Positions 7,382 to 16,166 of a stretch of 64,000 nucleotides of DNA are shown one piece after another. Position numbers and translations under genes: made by a program. The notes beneath the pieces were generated by a model, which made no database searches, was not told where the DNA came from, and saw nothing but the letters and a program-made list of their open reading frames with translations. How positions within the stretch are numbered: the stretch's first letter is position 1; the number at the start of each line of letters is the position of its first letter. The DNA is from a virus, in IMG/VR virus record IMGVR_UViG_3300045988_098585; one strand, 5' to 3'.

Positions 7382-7714
7382 ATGAAGAAGAATGTATTGA
7401 CCCTCACCGTCAGCAAGCAATGGTTCGACATGATTGTGACTGGCGAAAAGACAGAGGAGTATCGGGAGATTAAACCTTATTGGATTAAACGTCTGACCAC
7501 TAACTGCGAAGTAGCTTATGATGTGGCTGCAGAAACATATTGTGGAGAGGTGCTTTATCGCCCTTACACCCACGTCCTCTTTATCAACGGCTACCGCAAG
7601 GATAGCCCACGTATCGAGAAGAAGATTGTAAGTATCACCATCGGTAAGCCGAAGAAAGACTTATGCCCTGATAAGTGGCTTGATACTGAGTTTTTTATAA
7701 TTAAGTTTAAGTGA
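7382..7714 (+). CDS. ASCH domain protein
   Basis: LTLTVSKQWFDMIVTGEKTEEYREIKPYW is a typical ASCH opening. Confidence 0.6.
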   Translation: MKKNVLTLTVSKQWFDMIVTGEKTEEYREIKPYWIKRLTTNCEVAYDVAAETYCGEVLYRPYTHVLFINGYRKDSPRIEKKIVSITIGKPKKDLCPDKWLDTEFFIIKFK

Positions 7715-7715
7715 T

Positions 7716-8090
7716 ATGAGAATAAAGAATTTACCAAAGAAGATTTACCTCAACATCTGTAGCAACGAAGATGAGGTAGATTACAATGGGCTGAACGGGG
7801 TAACGTTCAGCTCAGAAAAGATTGGTGTTACTGATTGTAACACAGAAAACGTTCCTTACGTAAATGCTGCATCATTATGGCACGACCTAAAGGAAGAGAA
7901 GCCACCATTAAAAAAGTGGGTGATGTTCCGATATAGTGGAGGTGGCGTAAATCACCCTACGGTTCTTTTCTTCGGAGCAATGAGTGATGATATATGGGTC
8001 GTCACAAGAGGGGAAGGAACACAGCGTATTGAAGTTCTTTACGATATCTACGATAAGATTGAGTGGTTTGACTTTGACGAACTGAAATAA
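7716..8090 (+). CDS. hypothetical protein
   Basis: 124-aa ORF. Confidence 0.5.
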   Translation: MRIKNLPKKIYLNICSNEDEVDYNGLNGVTFSSEKIGVTDCNTENVPYVNAASLWHDLKEEKPPLKKWVMFRYSGGGVNHPTVLFFGAMSDDIWVVTRGEGTQRIEVLYDIYDKIEWFDFDELK

Positions 8091-8093
8091 GTT

Positions 8094-8504
8094 ATGAAGA
8101 AGGAAGATAGAATCAAAGTTTGGGAGAAATACGACCATCATTGCGCATACTGCGGAAGAGAAATAAAACTCGAAGATATGCAAATCGACCATTTTATTCC
8201 TAAGAATCGTGGAAACTATTCACGTTGGAGTGATAATGAAGGTAAGTATATCGTTTCTCATGGAGAGGATAGTATGGAGAATTATATGCCTTCTTGCCGA
8301 GCTTGTAACTTTCGAAAGCGAGATATGAGTATAGGGCAATTTCGTGAAGCTATCAAGGAACAGGCGAAAGGTTTGCTTAAAGGTGCTGCAAAGTTTCAGG
8401 TAAGCATGAGTATCGCTTATGGTCTGCTCAACCCTGCTTTTGACAAGCCTATAGTATTCTATTTTGAGAAGTTTAAAAAGAATGATAAAAAGTATAACAA
8501 ATGA
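8094..8504 (+). CDS. HNH endonuclease
   Basis: HHCAYCGREIKLEDMQIDHFIPKN...NYMPSCRACNFRK is the HNH/zinc-finger core. Confidence 0.8.
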   Translation: MKKEDRIKVWEKYDHHCAYCGREIKLEDMQIDHFIPKNRGNYSRWSDNEGKYIVSHGEDSMENYMPSCRACNFRKRDMSIGQFREAIKEQAKGLLKGAAKFQVSMSIAYGLLNPAFDKPIVFYFEKFKKNDKKYNK

Positions 8505-8872
8505 AAGAATACAAATATACAAATAAAGAGGAAAGACCCATTCCAAAATATAAGAATGGTGATATTGCTTGGTATATAGATAAATGGTTTGAACATCCGC
8601 AACGCTGTATTATAAAGGGATGCTGCAACGTATCCTGGTTCGAGGGAAACGAGTTTAACCCTTCTGGTTGGAGGATAAATTATAAATACAAACCCGACTA
8701 TTGTGAACGAACTAAACAACATACAATTAGAGAAGAATCACTTTTTGATACCGAGCAAGAGGCTTTAATTGCATTGTTCGAAGAGTTTAAAGATAAAGTA
8801 AAAACAAAAATAGATTTCTTTAGCAAAGAGGCAAAAAGGTTAGGCATAAAACAGCAGTTGTTATTACAATAA
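8501..8872 (+). CDS. hypothetical protein
   Basis: 123-aa ORF with ATGA overlap to the HNH gene. Last gene of the rightward block. Confidence 0.5.
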   Translation: MKEYKYTNKEERPIPKYKNGDIAWYIDKWFEHPQRCIIKGCCNVSWFEGNEFNPSGWRINYKYKPDYCERTKQHTIREESLFDTEQEALIALFEEFKDKVKTKIDFFSKEAKRLGIKQQLLLQ

Positions 8873-8909
8873 TAAGAAGGGTAGGGCAAAAGCTCTACCC
8901 TCTCTTATT
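8871..8909. terminator. bidirectional hairpin between convergent genes
   Basis: AATAAGAAGGGTAG..(10)..CTACCCTCTCTTATT. Overlaps the integrase stop codon. Confidence 0.6.
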
Positions 8910-10070
8910 ATATAGAACATAATCAATAACCTTTCGGTTAGCTTCATCAATAAGGTTTTGGTCTTTGCGTACATATATAGAGGTTATTCTATGACCACTC
9001 TTATGCCCAAGGCAGTCAGCGATAACGTCCATACTGATACCGATTTCATAAGCAATAGTGGCAAAAGTATGTCTTGCCCAATACGTTGTAATTTTCGGTA
9101 TACCTATCTCTTCGCATATTTTACCGAGAACCCGATTTGAAGATTGGTCGAAACTAAGATACGAAGCATCGCTGTCAAAAGGTATGAGTAAGTGGTTTTT
9201 ACCTTTATATCTGTTTATAATTTCAAGTGCTTCTGGCTCTACTTTTATATTATAATAAGTACCAGTTTTAGCTCTTCGGTATGTTATTCTACCATTATCT
9301 ATTTCTTTTAGCTCAGATAAATCCTTGACGTTAATTCCCATGAGAAAGAAAATTAAAAAGAATATATCTCTGTGCTTTGAGCGGATTGGGGATAGCTCTA
9401 CATTATATAATTTTCTTAATTCCTCAACAGTTAAAGAACGCTTTTTTGTTTCTTCCATTCTGATTGGATACATACTGAAAGCATACTCTTTTACCAGTCC
9501 CTTTTTTCGTGCAAAATTCACTACGGCACGAATATTCCTTAATCTTACAGCAATAGTATTCTTTACGTTTTCTTTTTTTAGGAACTCGCTGAAATTATTA
9601 AGCCATTCTATGTCTATATCTTCAATTCTTAACTCATCATAATCGCAGAATGATTTTATCCTATTTTCTGTTGCGATGTACAACTTCTTAGTTGATTCGC
9701 TATCTTTTTTAGAAATAAAATCTGCCATTTGTGTTTTAAAGAGATGATTTTCGTATTCCTCTTTGCTTTCGTCATTAGAAAGATAAAGTGATAGCTTTTT
9801 GTTTGAAAAATAGCGCAATTTTCCTTCCGCTTGCAACGTGATTACTTTATCATTGATATCTGATAGGCGTTTACCAAGTTTAATGTTTAAAATTCGTTTG
9901 TTGGGTAAGTTTTTGACTTTTTCATTTTTCGCATCCCAATCATTCTCATTTAATTCATAACCTGTTGGTATGTAGATTGCTTTATCTTTGCGAGCAATTT
10001 TAAACTTTAACGGAAACTTTCCGTTATTCAATCTTCGCCTTTTGTCTAATTTGATAGAAATTTTAATCAT
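8895..10070 (-). CDS. int: tyrosine-type site-specific integrase
   Basis: 391 aa from ATG 10070 (track start 10094 is a GTG). ..YWARHTFATIAYEIGISMDVIADCLGHKSGHRITSIYV is the R..HxxR..Y catalytic box. GGGAGACATAACAATG lies upstream of the ATG. Confidence 0.9.
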   Translation of the reverse strand: MIKISIKLDKRRRLNNGKFPLKFKIARKDKAIYIPTGYELNENDWDAKNEKVKNLPNKRILNIKLGKRLSDINDKVITLQAEGKLRYFSNKKLSLYLSNDESKEEYENHLFKTQMADFISKKDSESTKKLYIATENRIKSFCDYDELRIEDIDIEWLNNFSEFLKKENVKNTIAVRLRNIRAVVNFARKKGLVKEYAFSMYPIRMEETKKRSLTVEELRKLYNVELSPIRSKHRDIFFLIFFLMGINVKDLSELKEIDNGRITYRRAKTGTYYNIKVEPEALEIINRYKGKNHLLIPFDSDASYLSFDQSSNRVLGKICEEIGIPKITTYWARHTFATIAYEIGISMDVIADCLGHKSGHRITSIYVRKDQNLIDEANRKVIDYVLYNKRG

Positions 10071-10088
10071 TGTTATGTCTCCCTTCTT

Positions 10089-10109
10089 TTGCACGAAATT
10101 TGCACGTTT
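10089..10109 (+). repeat. direct repeat TTGCACGAAATTTGCACGTTT (copy 1)
   Basis: Repeated 20/21 at 10308-10328. Each copy contains GCWCG-N6-GCWCG. It lies 19-39 nt upstream of the int ATG. Confidence 0.8.
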
Positions 10110-10307
10110 AAAAATAAAAAATAAAATGCAATAATAGATTATGCTAATCTAATATCTTATCATTGTCTTAATACATAAGCGATAATACCGCTTTGTACAG
10201 ACTTTCTTGTTGATTTTATTCTGTTAATGCGAATATTTTTTGAAAATTGGTATCTACTCTATAATTGCATTGGTTATCAGTTACTTATGAATTATAATAT
10301 TTTTTCC

Positions 10308-10328
10308 TTGCACGAAATTTGCTCGTTT
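10308..10328 (+). repeat. direct repeat TTGCACGAAATTTGCTCGTTT (copy 2)
   Basis: 219 bp from copy 1 and 15 nt beyond the repressor stop codon. Confidence 0.8.
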
Positions 10329-10342
10329 TAAGTTTTTTAACG

Positions 10343-10978
10343 TCACTTAATGGTGATACAACAACGAACACGATACCATCCTCTAATATCTGATGTATCG
10401 ACAATAAAGTCCGCAAAGTTTGGATTTACCGAGCGGCAAATTACTTTTGACTCATCATCCTTGTATTGATACACATTCTTAATTATAGCACCATTCACTG
10501 TATCGAGAACGTAAGTACTTCCCCATTCGATGAAAGCCTTTTCGTTTATTTTCTGCACCATCACCTTGCTACCACTTGGAAATTCGGGTGACATACTATC
10601 TCCAGTAACAGAGATGGCGAGGTCTATATTTTCGACTGGTGACATAATCATCTCACATTCGTGGTTCGAAATCTGATATTCAAAATTATTGGGAGTTCCA
10701 CCTTGAGCTGCGACAGGCAAAAGCGGTACAAGGTATGCCGAAGAATCCTTTGCAAAGGTTGGCAATACACCTCCTTTTATCATTTCTCCATTACCAGTTG
10801 CAAGCCAGTCTACATTAATTTCAGGGTATACTTCCTCTATCTTTCTCGCAACCTTGCGTGAAAGAAACTTTGTATTATAGAAATGACTAATACTTAATCC
10901 AAGAGACTCTTGGAACTGTACCATCGACATTCTTTTTGACTTGGCGATTTCTTTCGCTCTTTCTGTAAATGTACTCAT
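10343..10978 (-). CDS. CI/LexA-type repressor (XRE HTH + S24 peptidase)
   Basis: N-terminal HTH (..MSMVQFQESLGLSISHFYN..). The C-terminal part has VTGDSMSPEFPSGSKV (Ser) and ..GAIIKNV (Lys), the S24 self-cleavage fold. Divergent from the early promoter. Confidence 0.85.
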   Translation of the reverse strand: MSTFTERAKEIAKSKRMSMVQFQESLGLSISHFYNTKFLSRKVARKIEEVYPEINVDWLATGNGEMIKGGVLPTFAKDSSAYLVPLLPVAAQGGTPNNFEYQISNHECEMIMSPVENIDLAISVTGDSMSPEFPSGSKVMVQKINEKAFIEWGSTYVLDTVNGAIIKNVYQYKDDESKVICRSVNPNFADFIVDTSDIRGWYRVRCCITIK

Positions 10979-11023
10979 AATATTTAAAATAATATAAATA
11001 ATAATAGTCTACTAATAGAAAAT

Positions 11024-11054
11024 TTTGTTATGTGAATAATTATTATTAATTTTG
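11024..11054 (+). promoter_or_regulatory. early rightward promoter (-33 TTTG / -7 TAATTTTG)
   Basis: TTTG at 11024-11027, 19-nt spacer, TAATTTTG at 11047-11054 within ATTAATTTTGCGG. This is the Bacteroidota sigma-A-type consensus TTTG/TAnnTTTG. Confidence 0.65.
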
Positions 11055-11136
11055 CGGTGTGGTTAATAATACTACTCTAATTATGGAGCAAAGTTAGTAA
11101 TAATATATTAATTTATATATAATTATATAGTTAAAA

Positions 11137-11325
11137 ATGGTTATAACATCACAAAAAGACAAAGAACGCATGGTTTGTCTGTCAATTGACAAATACATGG
11201 AGCAAGGCCTCAAGAAGTCTGAGGCTGTGCGGCGGACAATGAGTGACTTCAACTACGCAACAGAAGCTGCTATCTACAACATCTATAAGCGTAATAAAAC
11301 GAAAGGAGGAAATCATAATGACTAA
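11137..11325 (+). CDS. hypothetical small protein, Cro-position
   Basis: 62 aa. First gene after the divergent promoter opposite the repressor. Confidence 0.45.
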   Translation: MVITSQKDKERMVCLSIDKYMEQGLKKSEAVRRTMSDFNYATEAAIYNIYKRNKTKGGNHND

Positions 11326-11515
11326 CGATATCCCTGACGTTAAGCCAAAAGGTCGATATTCTATTAAGGAAACGGCAGAAAAATTAGGGATAAGTGTAAC
11401 AACCGTATATCGCTATATTAAAAGCGGATTCCTTAAGAATAGCATCAGACAGAATGGGCGAATTATTATTGCTGGGTCTGAAATTACCCGATTTTGGGGT
11501 GGCGAGTATATATAA
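11318..11515 (+). CDS. excisionase-family/MerR-type HTH protein
   Basis: Trimmed to ATG 11318. ..YSIKETAEKLGISVTTVYRYIKSGFLK.. is an HTH_17-like motif. Confidence 0.65.
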   Translation: MTNDIPDVKPKGRYSIKETAEKLGISVTTVYRYIKSGFLKNSIRQNGRIIIAGSEITRFWGGEYI

Positions 11516-11532
11516 TATAATAAGGTGTAAAT

Positions 11533-11910
11533 ATGGAAAAGGAGATACAAGAAGCAATCACATTATTAGAATCCCAAGGTTACGAGATTACTCCACCGCA
11601 ATCTATCTCAGTCATAAATGAAGAGTTTGAAAAATGGTGGAAGATGTATGGTAAGTGTGTTGGTAAGCAAAAGTGCCTTAAAAAATGGATGCACATGACT
11701 AAGAAAGATAGAGCTGCTTGCATAGCAGCTACACCTAAATATGTTGCATCTATTACACAGAAAGTTTTCCAAAAGCATCCTCTTACCTATCTTAATTCCC
11801 GTGCTTGGGAGGATGAAATATATTCTGAGTATGACGAAGTACAGCAACAACAGCAGCGAACAGAGCTTAATTTCGCAAGAACAGCAGCAGAAGTCTTTAA
11901 CGCAGATTAA
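11533..11910 (+). CDS. hypothetical protein
   Basis: 125 aa, with EFEKWWKMYGKCVGKQKCLKKW..YLNSRAWEDEIY. Ends in a Q-rich tract that overlaps the next ORF. Confidence 0.55.
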   Translation: MEKEIQEAITLLESQGYEITPPQSISVINEEFEKWWKMYGKCVGKQKCLKKWMHMTKKDRAACIAATPKYVASITQKVFQKHPLTYLNSRAWEDEIYSEYDEVQQQQQRTELNFARTAAEVFNAD

Positions 11911-12478
11911 TTTCGAAGAATGGATAGAAACCAATTATCCTTTAATCAGTAAGCGAAAAGAGCCAGTTTCTTCGTTAACTTCTGCCTTTAAAGATACCAA
12001 TACATTTGCATCTTTAGATAATGATTATGAAGAGGGGTTCGCTCTTAAATGGATAAAAGCTCAATTATTAGATACCTTTAGACTTCTCGGTGCTGGAGGT
12101 TCTATTAATAGTCTTCAAGTTATCTTTATGGCAAGGCGAATAAGATATATCTACTACTATCTATCACCCACCGAATTCACCTACTTTTTGGAATCATTGA
12201 TAGGTGGATGCTATGGAAAGATATATGTAGGTAATACTATCAACCCTCAGAATCTTATGGAGGCGTTGCTAAAGTTTGATACAGAAAGGGCAAAGATATT
12301 ATCTCAGATGGAATCTGATGCCAATAAAGAGCGAAAGAAGAATGTAAAGGCTGATATTGATACTGTTAATGCTATCTGTCATAAGATACATAAGGAGTTG
12401 GCTATTAAGCTTATGGGTTCTAAAGCTTGCAATGAATACAAACCGTTTAACGTTAATAAAAACAACAATGAAAATTGA
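11831..12478 (+). CDS. hypothetical protein (start uncertain; possibly one gene with 11533-11910)
   Basis: The frame is open from 11741. The only ATGs upstream of 12128 lie inside the preceding ORF, and 11831 is the last of them. See the finding on the 40-nt duplication. Confidence 0.4.
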   Translation: MTKYSNNSSEQSLISQEQQQKSLTQINFEEWIETNYPLISKRKEPVSSLTSAFKDTNTFASLDNDYEEGFALKWIKAQLLDTFRLLGAGGSINSLQVIFMARRIRYIYYYLSPTEFTYFLESLIGGCYGKIYVGNTINPQNLMEALLKFDTERAKILSQMESDANKERKKNVKADIDTVNAICHKIHKELAIKLMGSKACNEYKPFNVNKNNNEN

Positions 12479-14396
12479 AATCAAATCAATGACTTTACAG
12501 AACTTTAAGAAGGTTCGGAGTCAAGAAATTAACTTTAGCCATAATATGGTTATTAGTGGCGCAAATAAGGTAGGCAAGACAACTATCTACGATGCTTACC
12601 TTTGGGCTATCTTCGGTATTATTAGCAAGAAGAATGCTACTGTGCAACCTCTTGATATTAATAATAACGTTATTCATCATCTTGAAACCTCTGTCACTGT
12701 AGTACTTAACTATAATGATGAGCGAGAGATTAAGGTACAGCGTATTCTTTCTGAGAATTGGAAGAATAAGGGTACAGCAGATGAGAAGTTGCAAAGTACT
12801 ACACAGGATAGACTTATCGATGACGTTCCTCTTTCACAGAAAGATTTCAACGCCAAACTTGAAGAACTTTGTCCGCTCAATAAATGGCTCGTACTGTCTA
12901 ATATCAACATCTTTATGTCCTATAAGGTTGATGACCGCCGTAAAATGCTTATGTCGCTGGCAGGCAAAATCAATGAAGAAGAATTGATGAAGCCTTATCC
13001 TATGGTGTATAAGGGCGTAATTGAAGAGAAGAAAGAACTCTCCGATATGCTTACACAGCAGAAGGCAACAAAGAAGAAAGCGGAAGAGGAGTTAGATTTG
13101 ATACCTGCAAAGGTTCAGGCACAAGAGGCTCTTAGAGTTGATGCCGATTTTACTGCTCTCAAAGCGCAGAAGGTAAAGATTGATGCTGATATTGCTGCTA
13201 TAGATGCGGCATTGGAGGGAACGACTGAGAAAGACCCTGCTATGGAAGAGTACCTCAATAAGTTGCAAGCGCATAACGTAAAGGTTGCGAATGCACAGAA
13301 GGTATGGCAAGATGCTAAGATTAAGGCGATTGATGAGCTTACGAAGAAGATTTCTACGGCTTCAACGAAACTCAATGACGCTAAATCTGCATATACTACA
13401 AATATGGAGACCAATACAAAATACAAGGTTTCCTTGGCAGAGGTCACTATTAATTTCAATAACAAGATTAAAGAGTGGAATAATGCTAACGAAAAGAAAT
13501 TTAACTATAAGCAAACAGATGTTTGTCCAGTTTGTGGTCGTCCTTATACGGACGAAATGAAGGCAAAGGAATATGATAACGCCGTTGCCGAGTTCAATAA
13601 GAATAAGTCTGATGAACTCACAAAAATACAGAATGAGGCTGCTCAAATTAAGCAACAGATGACAGTCCTCAAAGGTAATATCAATACCTATGAGCAGATT
13701 ACCAAGGCACAAGATGAGGATAAGGTAAAGAATGCCCAATCTGAGTATCAGAAGTTAATTGACGAGCGCACAGAGAAGCAGAATCAAACTTGGGAAGCTG
13801 CTGCGGAAAAGGTGGTCTTTGATAAAGACCTCGCCGATATTGAAGCAAGTAAGCCTGTTGCGAAGGTTGATGCTACAATCGAAGAGAATAAGGAGAAAAA
13901 GAAGACCCTTACTTCTCTGCGTGACGAGTTAGTTAACAAAATCGCAGGCGAGGAGACTAATAAGCGTATTGATACAGAGAAAGAAAAGCTCAATAATCGC
14001 TCTGTTGAGTTATCTCAGATTATCGCTGATTGCGATGAAGTTATTAGACAAATCAAAGCTTACAAAAAAGCAAAGATTAATCTTGTTGAAAAGAAGGTTA
14101 ATTCTTACTTCTCCCTCGTCCGTTGGAAGTTCTATGAGCAGAATAAGACCAATGACGATGAGAAGGAAATCTGCACCGCTATTGACAATGACGGTATCGA
14201 CTACGATAACACAAATGATGGAACTGTCATTGATATGGGCGTTGATATTATCAGTGGTATATCTAAGGCTTCTGGTATCTTCGTACCTCTGTTCGTTGAC
14301 CGCAAGGAATCAGCAGAGCACATCGTCCCCGTTGAGCAACAGATTATCTACTTGCAATGTATCTACGGGCAGCCATTGGAGATAAAATCAATTTAA
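12468..14396 (+). CDS. SbcC/Rad50-like AAA ATPase with zinc-hook-like CxxC
   Basis: Trimmed to ATG 12468 (MKIEIKSMTLQNFKK). Walker A GANKVGKTT, a long coiled coil interrupted by CPVCGRP, and a C-terminal ..IFVPLFVDRKESAE. Confidence 0.75.
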   Translation: MKIEIKSMTLQNFKKVRSQEINFSHNMVISGANKVGKTTIYDAYLWAIFGIISKKNATVQPLDINNNVIHHLETSVTVVLNYNDEREIKVQRILSENWKNKGTADEKLQSTTQDRLIDDVPLSQKDFNAKLEELCPLNKWLVLSNINIFMSYKVDDRRKMLMSLAGKINEEELMKPYPMVYKGVIEEKKELSDMLTQQKATKKKAEEELDLIPAKVQAQEALRVDADFTALKAQKVKIDADIAAIDAALEGTTEKDPAMEEYLNKLQAHNVKVANAQKVWQDAKIKAIDELTKKISTASTKLNDAKSAYTTNMETNTKYKVSLAEVTINFNNKIKEWNNANEKKFNYKQTDVCPVCGRPYTDEMKAKEYDNAVAEFNKNKSDELTKIQNEAAQIKQQMTVLKGNINTYEQITKAQDEDKVKNAQSEYQKLIDERTEKQNQTWEAAAEKVVFDKDLADIEASKPVAKVDATIEENKEKKKTLTSLRDELVNKIAGEETNKRIDTEKEKLNNRSVELSQIIADCDEVIRQIKAYKKAKINLVEKKVNSYFSLVRWKFYEQNKTNDDEKEICTAIDNDGIDYDNTNDGTVIDMGVDIISGISKASGIFVPLFVDRKESAEHIVPVEQQIIYLQCIYGQPLEIKSI

Positions 14397-14414
14397 AATT
14401 TAAATATAGAAATT

Positions 14415-15248
14415 ATGGAAGAAACAAAAGATTTGACTGTATCACAGTCTCAGAAAGGTATTAACATCTTCGGCTCTATTGAAGGTTTTGAAGCAGGACA
14501 GAGAATTGCAAAAGTATTTGCATCTTCTTCTTTTGTCCCTGATGTCTATAAGGGCAATATTGGTAATTGTATGATAGGACTCAATATGGCTATTCGTATG
14601 AACGCTGACCCTCTGATGGTTTTACAGAACCTTGTTGTTGTTCATGGAACACCTACGTTTGAAGCGAAGTTTGCCATAGCTTGCTTTAATGCAACGGGCA
14701 AATACTCTACACTTAGCTATGCGGAAGTTGGAGAAAGAGGTAAAGATACTTGGGGAATGTATGCCTATGCTATCGAATTGAAGACGGGAGAGGTAAAGAA
14801 AGGTCCTATTGTTACAATTCAAATGGCAAAGGATGAAGGTTGGTATTCCCGTAACCCTAAATGGAAAAGTATTCCAGAATTGATGCTTCGTTATCGTTCC
14901 GCTTCTTGGTTTATTAGAACGACCGACTCTGGTATCATGATGGGCTTTCAGACCAGAGACGAGGCAGAAGATGCCGATTATGAAGAGATTCCTGCCACTA
15001 ACGCTTCTATTGAGCAGCTTTCAGCCGAAGAGAAGCTTGCCCAAGCTCAGCAGCAAGAGGAACAGCAAGCTAATTCTCAGTCACTCGATATGAATAATGG
15101 CGAGAAAAAGGAAGAAAATAAAGCTGCCGATAATCAGCCAAGCGACACGCAAAAAGCCGCTGATACCGCAGAAAATGCGGCTCAAACCAAGCGTAAGGCT
15201 CAGCCGATGGGTAAGCAAGAAATGCCTGATATGTTTAAGCAGCAGTAG
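14415..15248 (+). CDS. recT: RecT-family single-strand annealing protein
   Basis: ..DPLMVLQNLVVVHGTPTFEAKFAIACFNATGKYS.. core with an acidic/Q-rich tail. Sits between the ATPase and the MBL hydrolase. Confidence 0.7.
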   Translation: MEETKDLTVSQSQKGINIFGSIEGFEAGQRIAKVFASSSFVPDVYKGNIGNCMIGLNMAIRMNADPLMVLQNLVVVHGTPTFEAKFAIACFNATGKYSTLSYAEVGERGKDTWGMYAYAIELKTGEVKKGPIVTIQMAKDEGWYSRNPKWKSIPELMLRYRSASWFIRTTDSGIMMGFQTRDEAEDADYEEIPATNASIEQLSAEEKLAQAQQQEEQQANSQSLDMNNGEKKEENKAADNQPSDTQKAADTAENAAQTKRKAQPMGKQEMPDMFKQQ

Positions 15249-15303
15249 AACGACAGATAGGAGAGGGAGAAATCTCTCTCCTATATATAATAAGGTATAG
15301 AAT

Positions 15304-16038
15304 ATGCAATTAGTTACATTAGGAAGTGGAAGCTCTGGTAATGGGTATATCCTACAGAATGATGATGAAGCACTTATCATAGAATGCGGAATGCCATTAA
15401 AAGATGCCGCAGAAGCACTTGGAGGAAATCTTAAAAAGGTTGCTGGTTGCCTGATTACTCATAGCCACAGCGACCACGCAGGGTTTATTCGTCAGTATGC
15501 ACGACCTTTCAATATCTTTGCAACCAAAGGTACTTTGGAAGAGAAAAAGATAAAGGAGGATGATTTTCATTACAATGTCATACCGATGCTGAAAGAGTTT
15601 TGTATTGGTAACTTCGTTATAAAGGCTTTCGATACAGTTCACGACACAAAAGAGCCTTGTGGCTTTATCATTTATCATCCCGATATGGGAGATATGCTTT
15701 TCCTCACGGATAGCCATCATATCAAATATAAGCTATCTTTTCCGCTCGATTATATTCTTATCGAATGTAATCATACCGATTCATTGGTTGAAAAGAGTAT
15801 AAAAGAGGGTATTATTCCTAAAAAGGTTGGCATAAGAGCAAAGGCTACTCACATGAGTTTGGAAAGATGCCTGAACTGCTTGAAAGAGAATAAGTTACAA
15901 AGAACGAAAGCGATTGTACTTATTCATATGAGTGCAAATAATGGCGATGCAGAATTATTCTCTTCTGAGGTAGCGAAAGCAACTGGTAAGGCGGTTTACG
16001 TTGCGAAGAAAGGATTCTCGTTGGAGTTGATGAAATGA
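15304..16038 (+). CDS. MBL-fold metallo-hydrolase (putative recombination nuclease)
   Basis: LITHSHSDHAG is the HxHxDH motif, plus downstream His/Asp residues. Confidence 0.8.
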   Translation: MQLVTLGSGSSGNGYILQNDDEALIIECGMPLKDAAEALGGNLKKVAGCLITHSHSDHAGFIRQYARPFNIFATKGTLEEKKIKEDDFHYNVIPMLKEFCIGNFVIKAFDTVHDTKEPCGFIIYHPDMGDMLFLTDSHHIKYKLSFPLDYILIECNHTDSLVEKSIKEGIIPKKVGIRAKATHMSLERCLNCLKENKLQRTKAIVLIHMSANNGDAELFSSEVAKATGKAVYVAKKGFSLELMK

Positions 16039-16166
16039 AAACTTTTGAAGAAATATCGTATTTGCATATCATAGAGCAACTACAAGAAGAAGTTAGATTG
16101 CTTACCGATGAAAATAAGTTATTGCGTAAATCAATAAAACGTTATTTACATGAAGAAAGAAAATGA
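16035..16166 (+). CDS. hypothetical small coiled-coil protein (43 aa)
   Basis: MKTFEEISYLHIIEQLQEEVRLLTDENKLLRKS.. with ATGA overlap to the upstream stop. Confidence 0.3.
   Translation: MKTFEEISYLHIIEQLQEEVRLLTDENKLLRKSIKRYLHEERK

Noticed and set aside
11741-11830. Upstream extensions of track ORFs: 11741, 12357, 8895-10094 (GTG), 42552-43343 (TTG), 45527-46366 (TTG), 63070-63663 (GTG), 39450-39950 (TTG).
   Set aside because: The extensions use non-ATG starts or run deep into the preceding gene and encode hydrophobic or low-complexity junk. Internal ATGs give compact gene packing and sensible N-termini.
12495-13993. Several minus-strand ORFs (12495-12794, 13115-13465, 13362-13739, 13784-13993) and plus-strand alternative-frame ORFs inside the SbcC-like ATPase gene.
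   Set aside because: These are shadow ORFs of a long coiled-coil gene with biased codon content. No motifs or start contexts are present.
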